DNA of 47,979 nt, taken from an uncultured Rhodospirillaceae bacterium. Lineage in GTDB: Bacteria; Pseudomonadota; Alphaproteobacteria; GCA-2731375. This document shows positions 37,668-46,138 of the stretch, in pieces; positions within the stretch are counted from its first letter, which is position 1, and each line of letters begins with the position of its first letter. A program made the translations under genes and the position numbers. The stretch is taken from contig CAYWYB010000002.1 of NCBI GenBank assembly GCA_964462145.1, positions 1-47,979 of the forward strand. The letters run 5' to 3'. A model generated the notes under the pieces. It had not been told where the DNA came from, made no database searches, and was given only the letters and a program-made list of their open reading frames with translations.

Positions 37668-38494
37668 GTAACTTGAGATTGGTGGAGGACAGCATGGACA
37701 GCGCCGGCAAGGCAGAACAGGCGCCAGGTGGAGACCCTTTCGCGGGCAGCGCGCCGGGTCAGCCGCCAACGGTGGCCACGGGCGGGCAGCCGGCTTATTT
37801 TTCCTGCTGGGACATCCATGCCTATTACGGCGAAAGCTATATCGTTCAGGGCGTCAGTTTCGATGTCCGCGAGGGAGAGATCATCGCGCTTCTCGGGCGC
37901 AATGGCGCTGGCAAGACATCGACCCTGCGGGCCATCGCCCGGGTTGATGATCCAGCGCTGAGCCATGGCGAACTCTGGCTCGACCACAAACCGCTGCATG
38001 AGATGAAATCATGCCAGGCGGCACAAAACGGAGTAGGCCTGGTGCCCGAGGACCGGCGCATCATCCAAGGGTTGACGGTTGAAGAAAACCTGAAGCTGGC
38101 TCAAATCGCGCCGCCAATGGGTTGGTCAATCTCGCGCATTTACGAATTGTTCCCCCGCCTCGGCGAACGCCGGAATCAAGAGGGCACGACGCTCTCGGGC
38201 GGTGAGCAGCAAATGCTGGCGATCGGCCGCACCCTGGCCCGTGATGTCAAGTTGCTGTTACTTGACGAGCCCTATGAAGGCTTGGCGCCGGTCATCGTGC
38301 AGGAGATCGAAAAAACTCTGGAACAGATCAAGTCGCTTGGCATTACAACTATCATCGTGGAACAAAATGCAATCGCGGCCCTGCATCTGGCGGACCGCGC
38401 GATCATACTCGATATGGGCCAGGTGGTTTTCGATGGAACCGCGCAGGAAGTCCTTGATGATGCCGATCTGCGGCAACAGTATTTGGCTATTTAG
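37664..38494 (+). CDS. ABC transporter ATP-binding protein (LivF family) with an approximately 45 aa low-complexity N-terminal extension
   Basis: Walker A GRNGAGKTS, signature LSGGEQQMLA and Walker B LLLLDEP. An ATGA overlap joins it to the preceding gene. Confidence 0.85.
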   Translation: MSNLRLVEDSMDSAGKAEQAPGGDPFAGSAPGQPPTVATGGQPAYFSCWDIHAYYGESYIVQGVSFDVREGEIIALLGRNGAGKTSTLRAIARVDDPALSHGELWLDHKPLHEMKSCQAAQNGVGLVPEDRRIIQGLTVEENLKLAQIAPPMGWSISRIYELFPRLGERRNQEGTTLSGGEQQMLAIGRTLARDVKLLLLDEPYEGLAPVIVQEIEKTLEQIKSLGITTIIVEQNAIAALHLADRAIILDMGQVVFDGTAQEVLDDADLRQQYLAI

Positions 38495-38518
38495 CGACCA
38501 GTACGGCGGCAGGACAAA

Positions 38519-38857
38519 TCAGTCTCCGACAAACTGACCCGGTTTGGCGATCGGGGTTAGGGGTAAAATCAACCAGGTACCATTAGCCGTCCTCGCGGTC
38601 ACCGCCTGCAGCACCGCGCTGGGATTACGCCGGCGCTGCTGTTCCGCCCTTCCGGACAAGCAGGTCAAGGTCAGTATTTCGCCTGGAAGCATGAAATTTC
38701 GCATACGGTCATCTGGCAGATAGCCGGGCGTCAGGACCTCGGCCAGGCGATCCACAGTGCTGTAGGACCAATGAGAAGCGCGGCTGTTGCCAGCCACGCA
38801 AATCAGATTTGAGGCATCATAGGGCAAGGCCGGATCCTTTGGATGGTCATTATCCAT
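38519..38857 (-). CDS. Hypothetical protein (about 112 aa) downstream of the S24 repressor
   Basis: An ORF with no recognisable motif. Its start is uncertain (ATG at 38857 or TTG at 38887). A 16-bp palindromic operator lies 4 nt upstream of the ATG. Confidence 0.4.
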   Translation of the reverse strand: MDNDHPKDPALPYDASNLICVAGNSRASHWSYSTVDRLAEVLTPGYLPDDRMRNFMLPGEILTLTCLSGRAEQQRRRNPSAVLQAVTARTANGTWLILPLTPIAKPGQFVGD

Positions 38858-38860
38858 GAG

Positions 38861-38876
38861 TATACGATATCGTATA
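38861..38876. promoter_or_regulatory. Perfect 16-bp palindrome TATACGATATCGTATA (operator candidate) with an adjacent TTGCAA box
   Basis: It is self-complementary over all 16 nt. TTGCAA lies at 38882-38887. A related CGTACGTAT lies at 38901-38909. Confidence 0.6.
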
Positions 38877-38938
38877 TTATTTTGCAATAGAATTGATGCG
38901 CGTACGTATTTCAGCAGCCGCTTTTGACGAATCGGAGT

Positions 38939-39595
38939 CTAGCGGTAAACCCGATGGGCGCCGACGATCAAATGCATGGCAGCGACCTCTTCGGGGGCAA
39001 GGCGGATTTCCTTGGGAGGGTTGAATTGCTCCAAGATTATGGCGCGCTGAGTGCGCCGCCGAAGCAACTTGATAAAGGCCCGGTCGTCGGTGGTCTGCAC
39101 CACAACATAATCATCCGGCTGGACCGGTATGGTCGGATCCACTTCGACGATTTCACGCGGCTCGTAACGCGGCCGCATGGAGGAATTATGCACGATCAGA
39201 GCATAGGCGCTGGCCACTCCGATCAAATTCGCCGGCCGGCCCGCATAGCCCGAAACCGTACCATTATCAAGGAATATACCGTCTTCCCCCGCCTCCGCAT
39301 GGCCCAGAATTGGTAAATCCCTGGTCCGCCCCGGTGGTCCGGGCAGCTCAGTCGCGACTAGATGATCCGACATTCCCGGCACCCGCCATGGCTGCTCCTC
39401 CGGCTCGGCGTAAGCCGCCATGGATAGTCCAGCCAAGGCGGCAAGCGCCTGCGCCTGGTCGCGGTCCGGCAACTGCCGCCCCGCCTCCCATCGGGAGACC
39501 GTTGCCTGGGTCGTCCCCATGAACGCCGCGAAACGCGCCTGCGTCTCTTGCCGCTCGCGGCGCAACCGCCGCACGATCTCTGCCCAATCAATCAT
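38939..39595 (-). CDS. LexA/CI-like repressor: XRE HTH plus an S24 self-cleaving peptidase domain (218 aa)
   Basis: HTH (ETQARFAAFMGTTQATVSRWEAGRQ), a candidate Ala-Gly cleavage site (HAEAGEDG), and the S24 Ser/Lys dyad context (NSSMRPRYEP ... FIKLL). Confidence 0.85.
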   Translation of the reverse strand: MIDWAEIVRRLRRERQETQARFAAFMGTTQATVSRWEAGRQLPDRDQAQALAALAGLSMAAYAEPEEQPWRVPGMSDHLVATELPGPPGRTRDLPILGHAEAGEDGIFLDNGTVSGYAGRPANLIGVASAYALIVHNSSMRPRYEPREIVEVDPTIPVQPDDYVVVQTTDDRAFIKLLRRRTQRAIILEQFNPPKEIRLAPEEVAAMHLIVGAHRVYR

Positions 39596-39660
39596 GGGAC
39601 ATAAGATATATCGCATTATATACGAAGGCAAATTATTATACGTATTTTTTTCTTGCAATT

Positions 39661-39676
39661 TATACGAGCTCGTATA
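39661..39676. promoter_or_regulatory. Perfect 16-bp palindrome TATACGAGCTCGTATA (operator candidate) in the divergent repressor / GcrA-like gap
   Basis: It is self-complementary over all 16 nt. It is flanked by TTGCAA (39653-39658) and lies 10 nt before the ATG at 39687. Further partial sites are ATACGTAT (39638-39645) and TATACG (39619-39624). Two TATAAT boxes on the minus strand (39615-39620 and 39635-39640) face the repressor gene. Confidence 0.65.
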
Positions 39677-39686
39677 TTTTAATGCC

Positions 39687-40037
39687 ATGACACAGCACCC
39701 AACCCGTACCGCTTTCCAACCTACTCAGTTAAGTGTTCCAAGCTCAGAGCATCCTGCCCCAGCTTATTCCGACGGCAACCATGAACCTGAACCAGAACTC
39801 GCCACGAATTGGGCAAAACGCCGCCCAGAACAAAACATAGTCGGCTGCCGCTGGATTGATGGCGACGTATCCGACGGGCAATGGCGCTATTGCCAGCGTC
39901 CGCGAATACCCGGCAAATCTTATTGCGCCACGCACCATCTCCGCAGTATCGACCCGGCTCGCGACAGGGAATTCACTGTCGAACAGATCAGCCGCGAATC
40001 ACACCTGACCGGCCGGCCGCTACTGGACGAGGCATAG
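39687..40037 (+). CDS. Protein with only the GcrA C-terminal-like motif (116 aa), lacking the GcrA N-terminal DNA-binding domain
   Basis: The C-terminal segment CRWIDGDVSDGQWRYCQRPRIPGKSYCATHH matches the C-W-P-x-G ... F-C ... G-x-x-Y-C-x-x-H pattern of the GcrA C-terminal region. The N-terminal 50 aa are Pro/Glu-rich with no HTH. Confidence 0.55.
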   Translation: MTQHPTRTAFQPTQLSVPSSEHPAPAYSDGNHEPEPELATNWAKRRPEQNIVGCRWIDGDVSDGQWRYCQRPRIPGKSYCATHHLRSIDPARDREFTVEQISRESHLTGRPLLDEA

Positions 40038-40655
40038 ATGGCCAGCAGCGGGCACGGGATGAAGCCATCCGGCGGTGGAGTACGGAATCGCCGCCAGCGA
40101 AGGCGTCGCCTGAAACTTAGCCCAGGGCAAGCAGATGCGGCGATTGAGCCATCGCGCTGGCGCATGCAGCATCACGCCCTGGACGAAGACCGCCCCGCCC
40201 TAAGCCGTATACAGATCGCCTGCGAAGATGACGGCGGTCCGCCCAGCTATCCCATGCGCGCCGTCGATACCGTTCAAGCCCTGTTGAACAAGGGCCGCAT
40301 CGACAGCCAGGCGGCAGCGGCGGCACAGAAATTCGAGGCAATCTTTCAGCGCGCCAGCCTTGACGGCCTTGCCAGCCGGGATATCAGGCGAACACCTGTG
40401 CCGTTCGACCCCGGAAACAGCGAGCCATATGGTATCTTGCGCGCCCGTGACGACGTTTGGGCGGCCATGCACGCCCTGGGGGGGATCAACACCCCCGGCG
40501 CCAATATTGCCTGGGACGTACTGGGCCTGGGCATAACCATCAAGGCCCATGCGGAACGTTGCCAATTCGGCAACGGCCGCTCCCTCAATCCCATGACCGC
40601 GACTGGTATTCTGGTACAATCCTGCTATACCCTGTCGGTGCATTTTGGCAAGTAA
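40038..40655 (+). CDS. Hypothetical protein with an Arg-rich N-terminus and a C-terminal HTH-like region (DUF6456-like, 205 aa)
   Basis: Its ATG immediately follows the TAG of the upstream gene. The layout is RNRRQRRRR, then LLNKGRIDSQAAAAAQKFEAIFQRASL, then a C-terminal GANIAWDVLGLGITIKAHAER segment. This resembles alphaproteobacterial DUF6456 proteins as I recall them. Confidence 0.4.
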   Translation: MASSGHGMKPSGGGVRNRRQRRRRLKLSPGQADAAIEPSRWRMQHHALDEDRPALSRIQIACEDDGGPPSYPMRAVDTVQALLNKGRIDSQAAAAAQKFEAIFQRASLDGLASRDIRRTPVPFDPGNSEPYGILRARDDVWAAMHALGGINTPGANIAWDVLGLGITIKAHAERCQFGNGRSLNPMTATGILVQSCYTLSVHFGK

Positions 40656-40720
40656 GCAGTTTGGGAAATCGCAGATAGGCCGTATTGCGTCGCGGCGAGC
40701 AGATAACCAGGAATTGAAGC

Positions 40721-42163
40721 ATGTCTGTACGGATAGATCCGGTCATTCTTTCAGGCGGCTCGGGCACGCGGCTGTGGCCGCTATCCCGGGCCGTTTATCC
40801 CAAGCAACTATTGCCCCTGACCGACAGCCATTCCATGCTGCAGGCGACCGTAAAACGCGTTGCCGACCCCGTGCGCTTCAACCCACCAACAATGATCTGC
40901 AACGATGAACACCGCTTCATCATCGCCGAGCAGTTGCGCGCGATCGACGTCGAGCCAACCGACATCGTGCTGGAACCCGTGGGCCGCAATACGGCACCGG
41001 CGGCAGCGGTTGGGGCGCTGCTGGCTTCAGCCCGCTCGCCGGACGCGATCATCCTGATCCTGCCGTCCGATCACCGTATTGCCGACACCCAGGGCTTTCT
41101 GGCAGCAATCGACGTGGCGGCGGAGGCCGCCCACCGCGGCGCCCTGGTAACCTTTGGCGTTACCCCGACGACGCCCGAAACCGGCTATGGCTATATCAAG
41201 CGTGGCACCGCCATTGCCGGCGTTACGGGTTGTCACAAGGTCACCCAATTCGTTGAAAAGCCGCCCCTGGCAAAGGCCCAGGCGATGTTGAAATCCGGAG
41301 AGTTCAACTGGAACAGCGGCATGTTTATGTTTCGCGCCGACCGGTTGCTGGCCGAGATGGAGCGTCTGTCACCAGAAATTGTGCAGGCTTGCCGGGCGGC
41401 CGTCGATGGCGCACAGCAGGACCTTTCCTTCACCCGTCTGGATGCCGCCGCTTTCATGGAAAACCCCAATACCTCGATCGACTATGCGGTGATGGAAAAG
41501 ACCGACGCGGCGGTGGTGGTCAGTGCCGATATGGGCTGGCGCGACATCGGCTCGTGGTCGACATTGTGGGAATTGGGACAGGAACAGGCGCGCGATGCAT
41601 CCAACAATGTCACCATGGGCGACGTGATCCTGGATGATGTGGAAAATTCCTACGTCCGATCCGAAAAGCGTCTGGTCACGGCTCTCGGGGTCAAGGATCT
41701 GGTGATCGTCGAGACCGGCGATGCGGTATTGGTGGCCAACCGGGACAAGGCTCAGGATGTCAAGGCCATCGTCGACCGTCTGAAGGCCGAAGGCAGGGAC
41801 GAAGCCGAACAGAACCCACGGGTCTACCGTCCCTGGGGCTATTACGAAGGCATGGACAGCGGCGAACGCTTTCAAGTCAAACGGATCACTGTCAAACCGG
41901 GGCAAAAGCTTTCCCTGCAGATGCATCACCACCGGGCGGAACACTGGATCGTGGTCGAAGGCACAGCCTTGGTGACGCGTGCTGACGAAACCGTTTTATT
42001 GGAGGAGAACCAGTCCACTTACATCCCCATCGGTGCCTGGCACCGCCTGGAGAACCCCGGCAAGATCGACCTGAAGCTGATCGAGGTGCAGTCCGGCGCG
42101 TACCTGGATGATGACGATATCGTGCGCAGCGAGGATGATTACGGTCGCGATAGCAAGAGTTAG
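40721..42163 (+). CDS. manC: Bifunctional mannose-1-phosphate guanylyltransferase / mannose-6-phosphate isomerase (type II PMI-GMP)
   Basis: N-terminus VILSGGSGTRLWPLSR, a C-terminal cupin with RPWGYY ... QMHHHRAEHWIVV, and 480 aa in length. Confidence 0.9.
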   Translation: MSVRIDPVILSGGSGTRLWPLSRAVYPKQLLPLTDSHSMLQATVKRVADPVRFNPPTMICNDEHRFIIAEQLRAIDVEPTDIVLEPVGRNTAPAAAVGALLASARSPDAIILILPSDHRIADTQGFLAAIDVAAEAAHRGALVTFGVTPTTPETGYGYIKRGTAIAGVTGCHKVTQFVEKPPLAKAQAMLKSGEFNWNSGMFMFRADRLLAEMERLSPEIVQACRAAVDGAQQDLSFTRLDAAAFMENPNTSIDYAVMEKTDAAVVVSADMGWRDIGSWSTLWELGQEQARDASNNVTMGDVILDDVENSYVRSEKRLVTALGVKDLVIVETGDAVLVANRDKAQDVKAIVDRLKAEGRDEAEQNPRVYRPWGYYEGMDSGERFQVKRITVKPGQKLSLQMHHHRAEHWIVVEGTALVTRADETVLLEENQSTYIPIGAWHRLENPGKIDLKLIEVQSGAYLDDDDIVRSEDDYGRDSKS

Positions 42164-42166
42164 CAG

Positions 42167-43699
42167 CTATTGCGCGACGATCTTCAGGCGCTGATTTTTT
42201 CTGATTGGCTGGTTTGGCGCCAAGTCGTTTAGCACCCGGAACCAGCTTTCATTATATTGACCGTAGGGTAGCGTACGGGCCAGTCCGGCAATGTTGTCAT
42301 CGGGCCGGGCCGGCACCACCAAAAGCCGCTGCGCCCGGACCTTGGCCGCCGCTGCCGGGCTAATACGGCGGAACGACAGTCCTGATTGCCGGAATGGCCG
42401 GGCCCAGCGTCCGGCCTGATTTAGGGGCGAAATATACATGAAGCGGTAGAAACGGTCACGGTCGCGGCGGATTGCCAGGGCCCGAATTTGGACCGTGCCG
42501 TTTTGCCCCCGCCCTTCGGCCCAGCCCGTGGCCGCTTCAAGGCCATCGATAACAACGCTTTCCAAATCCCGCAGCCGGGTCTTGGCGGCCCAGACATGGC
42601 GCAGATAATCCGCCGCCGTGCGGGCCCCCTTCGCGGGCGCCATATCGAAAATCATAGCCGCACCCGAGGGGTGGCGCGCCTCGACCCTCGTTGGGCTGTT
42701 GCGCAGATGGAAACCATCGGGTGCCTGGAATTCAAAGCGCAGATCGGGATGGATGAATTTCCACCCGCGGATAACGCCTTGTTTCGGATCATCGCCGAAC
42801 ATCATGCCGTCGAGATGGTTTAAATATTGATCCCGCAGCCAGCGCCCGCCGCCGCGGCCGCTTGCCGCCGACACCTGGGCATGGATCTGGGCCTGTTTCA
42901 CCCGCTCCACCGTGCGCGGATGGGTCGACATGATGTTGAATTCGTCCACTTTGCCCGGCGGCAAGCCCAACACCCGCGCCTCGACCATGGAATGCTCCCG
43001 CAAACTGCCCAGAAACGAGGCCATGGCATCGGCGTTATAGCCGGCCCGGCTCATATAGCGGACCCCCAGGGTATCGGCCTCGAATTCGTGCTCCCGGGAA
43101 TAGCCTTTGATGGCGGCCATGGCGACGGTCTGGCCGATCTGCATCAGGTCCGATGGCAAACCGGCAGCCTGCAAGCCCACCGCCCCCAACAACAAGCCCA
43201 GTTGCGCGATCTGCTGGGCGCCATGACGTTCGGCGCCATGACGGGCGGTGACGTGGGCCAGTTCGTGGCTCAACACACCGGCCAGTTCCGCCTCGGACGA
43301 GGCCAGGGCGAGCAAACCGCGGGTGATATAGATGTAGCCGCCGGGCAGGGCGAAGGCATTGACGATTTGCGTGTTCAAGATCGTGAAACGATAGGGGTAT
43401 TGCTGATACTCGGTCCCCTTGGCCAGGTTCAGCCCGATGTTCTGTACGTAACCCGCCAAGCGCCGGTCTTCATAGGCGCCGCCGAAGGATTTTAGAATTT
43501 TCGGATGATTGGCCCGGCCCTCGGCGATGTCATCCTCGATTGAGCGGAAACCGGTAAAGCTGTCCCGCCCCGACGCCGCGTTGGTCGCGACACAGCCCGC
43601 CGTCCCCGCCAGCGCGCCGGCACTGGCCAAACCCGCCAGAAGCTGACGCCGGTTTAGCAACGTGCGATCAGATTGGCCGTTTGGGTGAGCAAGACACAT
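42167..43699 (-). CDS. Exported M48-family zinc metalloprotease with a C-terminal LysM-like domain
   Basis: TAT/lipoprotein-like leader (RRQLLAGLASAGALAGTAGC), an HELAHV zinc motif, and a C-terminal LysM-like segment (about 45 aa). Confidence 0.8.
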   Translation of the reverse strand: MCLAHPNGQSDRTLLNRRQLLAGLASAGALAGTAGCVATNAASGRDSFTGFRSIEDDIAEGRANHPKILKSFGGAYEDRRLAGYVQNIGLNLAKGTEYQQYPYRFTILNTQIVNAFALPGGYIYITRGLLALASSEAELAGVLSHELAHVTARHGAERHGAQQIAQLGLLLGAVGLQAAGLPSDLMQIGQTVAMAAIKGYSREHEFEADTLGVRYMSRAGYNADAMASFLGSLREHSMVEARVLGLPPGKVDEFNIMSTHPRTVERVKQAQIHAQVSAASGRGGGRWLRDQYLNHLDGMMFGDDPKQGVIRGWKFIHPDLRFEFQAPDGFHLRNSPTRVEARHPSGAAMIFDMAPAKGARTAADYLRHVWAAKTRLRDLESVVIDGLEAATGWAEGRGQNGTVQIRALAIRRDRDRFYRFMYISPLNQAGRWARPFRQSGLSFRRISPAAAAKVRAQRLLVVPARPDDNIAGLARTLPYGQYNESWFRVLNDLAPNQPIRKNQRLKIVAQ

Positions 43700-43706
43700 C
43701 GGCAGC

Positions 43707-44636
43707 CTAAAGCGCTAGAATTTCAGCCGGTTCGGCATGGGGGGCATCATCACCCTCCCGCCACAGCCAGTAGGTTAATTGTTCCTCGGCATTGACCGCA
43801 ACCACTCTGTGATCACCATTACGGTCGATGGCGTGCAGGGTGATGCGTTGGATCAAACCGCCTTTTAGCTGGCGCAGGTCGTCAATAGCTTCATTCACGG
43901 CGGCCTCTAATGACAGGCCCATTTTCATGTACAGCACAATGGCCCGCGAGGTACCAGCCCTGATGGCCATCTCGCCGGTGCCCGTGCAAGCCGCCGCGCC
44001 AAAGCGGGTGTCGGCATAACAGCCGGCGCCGATGATGGGACTATCGCCCAGGCGGCCGGGATATTTCCAGGCCCAGCCGGAGGTGGAAACCCCGGCCATG
44101 ATTTCCCCTTTGCTGTCCAAGGACAGAAAGACGGTGGTATCCATGCCCTTCTCGGGGTCGATTGCCTGATGGCAAAGTTCGGCCAAGGGCACGTCGGGCC
44201 AGTTTTCACGCGCGGCGGCGGGAACCTTGTCTTCAAACCATTCGCGCCAGACCCGTTCAGAATCCGGAATGAGATTGTTCGTGGTTTCAGCACCGATCTC
44301 ATGGGCGAACCGCGCCGCGCCCTCACCCACCAGCATTTCATGGGGCAGTTGCTCCAGCACCGCGCGGGCAATCGAGATCGGATGCAGATAGCCTTTCAGG
44401 GCGCCAACCGCGCCGCTGCGGAAGGTGTTGCCGTCGATCATGGCGGCATCCAGTTCAACCTCCCCCAACAGGTTCGGCCAGCCGCCCCGGCCCACGGTAC
44501 GGATCGTGGTATCTGCCTCGACCTCGCGGATCCCCGCCTCGATCGCATCCAGGCCGCCCGCGCCCTGGGCCAACATCTCGGCCGTGCGGCCCACGCCGGG
44601 GGTACCTTCTGAATTCGTTACCAGTATCCGCGCCAT
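43707..44636 (-). CDS. Ntn-hydrolase of the asparaginase-2 family (isoaspartyl peptidase / glycosylasparaginase-like)
   Basis: It has DTTIRTVGRGG, the autoprocessing-site context (GMDTTVFLSLD) and GAGCYAD motifs. The start is placed at the ATG at 44636 (MARILVTN). Confidence 0.8.
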   Translation of the reverse strand: MARILVTNSEGTPGVGRTAEMLAQGAGGLDAIEAGIREVEADTTIRTVGRGGWPNLLGEVELDAAMIDGNTFRSGAVGALKGYLHPISIARAVLEQLPHEMLVGEGAARFAHEIGAETTNNLIPDSERVWREWFEDKVPAAARENWPDVPLAELCHQAIDPEKGMDTTVFLSLDSKGEIMAGVSTSGWAWKYPGRLGDSPIIGAGCYADTRFGAAACTGTGEMAIRAGTSRAIVLYMKMGLSLEAAVNEAIDDLRQLKGGLIQRITLHAIDRNGDHRVVAVNAEEQLTYWLWREGDDAPHAEPAEILAL

Positions 44637-44747
44637 ATCTATCCTCATACAAACGTCACAGCTAATCGCCGGCCCAGGCTTGACCCCGATCCATACGCAG
44701 TTCACATATAGCATCAATAAATTTCGAAGGAAGGGTTGGGGAAAGAT

Positions 44748-45968
44748 ATGGGCGAGACGGGGCCGTTGATGGGATCGCTGCGGCGCAATTTTTGGTTTTT
44801 GGTGGCGATTGGCGGTCTGATTTCTCTCCTGGGATTTGGCATTCGGGCCAATTTCGGCCTTTTTCTAGCACCCATGTCCGTCGATCTGGGCTGGGGACGG
44901 GAGGTCTTCGCCCTGGCCATCGCCATTCAGAACCTGATGTGGGGCCTGGGCCAGCCGGTGGCCGGTATGATCGCCGACCGCTTTGGCACGGGCCGGGTCC
45001 TTGCCGTGGGCGGGGCGCTGTATGGGCTGGGCATCTATGGCATGGCGCATGCCACCAGCCCAGGCATGTTTCATATCACGGGCGGCCTTGTGGTTGGTCT
45101 TGGCATGTCCGGGGCCTCATTTCCGCTGGTTCTGGCGGCTCTGGGCCGCATGGTGCCCGAAGCCCGACGCAATCTGGCTTTCGGCATCTGTACCGCCGCC
45201 GGCTCCATGGGGCAGTTCCTGCTGGTGCCGATGGGGCAGGCCTTTCTGGCGGCCTATGGCTGGCCTTTCGCGCTGACATTGCTGGCCCTGATGATCGCAC
45301 TGGTAATCCCGTTGAGTACGGTTCTGCGCGGCCGCGCCGCCGAACCGGCGGAAAGCGAAAAGCAGTCCATGGGCCAGGCCCTAACCGAGGCCCGGCAGCA
45401 TTCGGGATATCTATACCTGACCGCCGGTTTTTTCGTCTGTGGTTTTCATATCGCCTTCATCGGCACCCATTTACCGGCCTATATTACCGATCGGGGCCTG
45501 TCGGCGGAGTTGGGCGCCCAATCCCTGGCCCTGGTGGGTTTATTCAACATCTTTGGCGCCATTGGCGCCGGCGTCCTGGGCAACCGGTTTCAAAAGAAAA
45601 ATCTGCTGAGTTTTCTCTACCTGCTCCGTGCCGTGGCCATTGCACTATTCATACTGCTGCCCATCGGTCCAACGACCGTACTGTTATTTTCCGCCGCCAT
45701 TGGCCTGACCTGGCTATCAACGGTGCCCTTGACCTCCGGCATCGTGGCCCAGGTTTTCGGGCCGCGTTATATGGCGACTTTGTTCGGATTCGTTTTCCTT
45801 TCGCACCAGATGGGCTCGTTCCTGGGCGTCTGGCTGGGCGGCAAATTGTTTGACGAGACAGGTTCCTACGACATTGTCTGGTGGCTTGGCGTCGCTTTGG
45901 GGCTGTTCGCCGCCCTGGTGCACCTGCCCATTGATGAGCGGCCGGCGACCCGTCTGGCAACCGCCTGA
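44748..45968 (+). CDS. MFS transporter (12 TM)
   Basis: Hydrophobicity pattern and the MFS loop motif GMIADRFGTGRV. The ATG at 44748 is preceded by AAGGAAGGG. Confidence 0.85.
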   Translation: MGETGPLMGSLRRNFWFLVAIGGLISLLGFGIRANFGLFLAPMSVDLGWGREVFALAIAIQNLMWGLGQPVAGMIADRFGTGRVLAVGGALYGLGIYGMAHATSPGMFHITGGLVVGLGMSGASFPLVLAALGRMVPEARRNLAFGICTAAGSMGQFLLVPMGQAFLAAYGWPFALTLLALMIALVIPLSTVLRGRAAEPAESEKQSMGQALTEARQHSGYLYLTAGFFVCGFHIAFIGTHLPAYITDRGLSAELGAQSLALVGLFNIFGAIGAGVLGNRFQKKNLLSFLYLLRAVAIALFILLPIGPTTVLLFSAAIGLTWLSTVPLTSGIVAQVFGPRYMATLFGFVFLSHQMGSFLGVWLGGKLFDETGSYDIVWWLGVALGLFAALVHLPIDERPATRLATA

Positions 45969-46138
45969 CAGGTCCCGCGACGGAGCCCGCAAAACTCCCG
46001 TTTCAGAGAAAATCTTGATGAAATATTAAGATTTTCAATGGCCTAATATCCAATTATCGAAACTGCCCGGTAGGCGTATCGCCAAATGCCCATATGCATT
46101 GCCGGCATCGCCGGGCAGCAGCACCTTAAGGCTTGAAC

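Noticed and set aside
46008-46036. An inverted repeat, GAAAATCTT-N11-AAGATTTTC, between the MFS and DUF2336 genes.
   Set aside because: The 9-bp arms are real, but they are AT-rich with a long loop and no following T tract. This is not enough to call it either a terminator or an operator.
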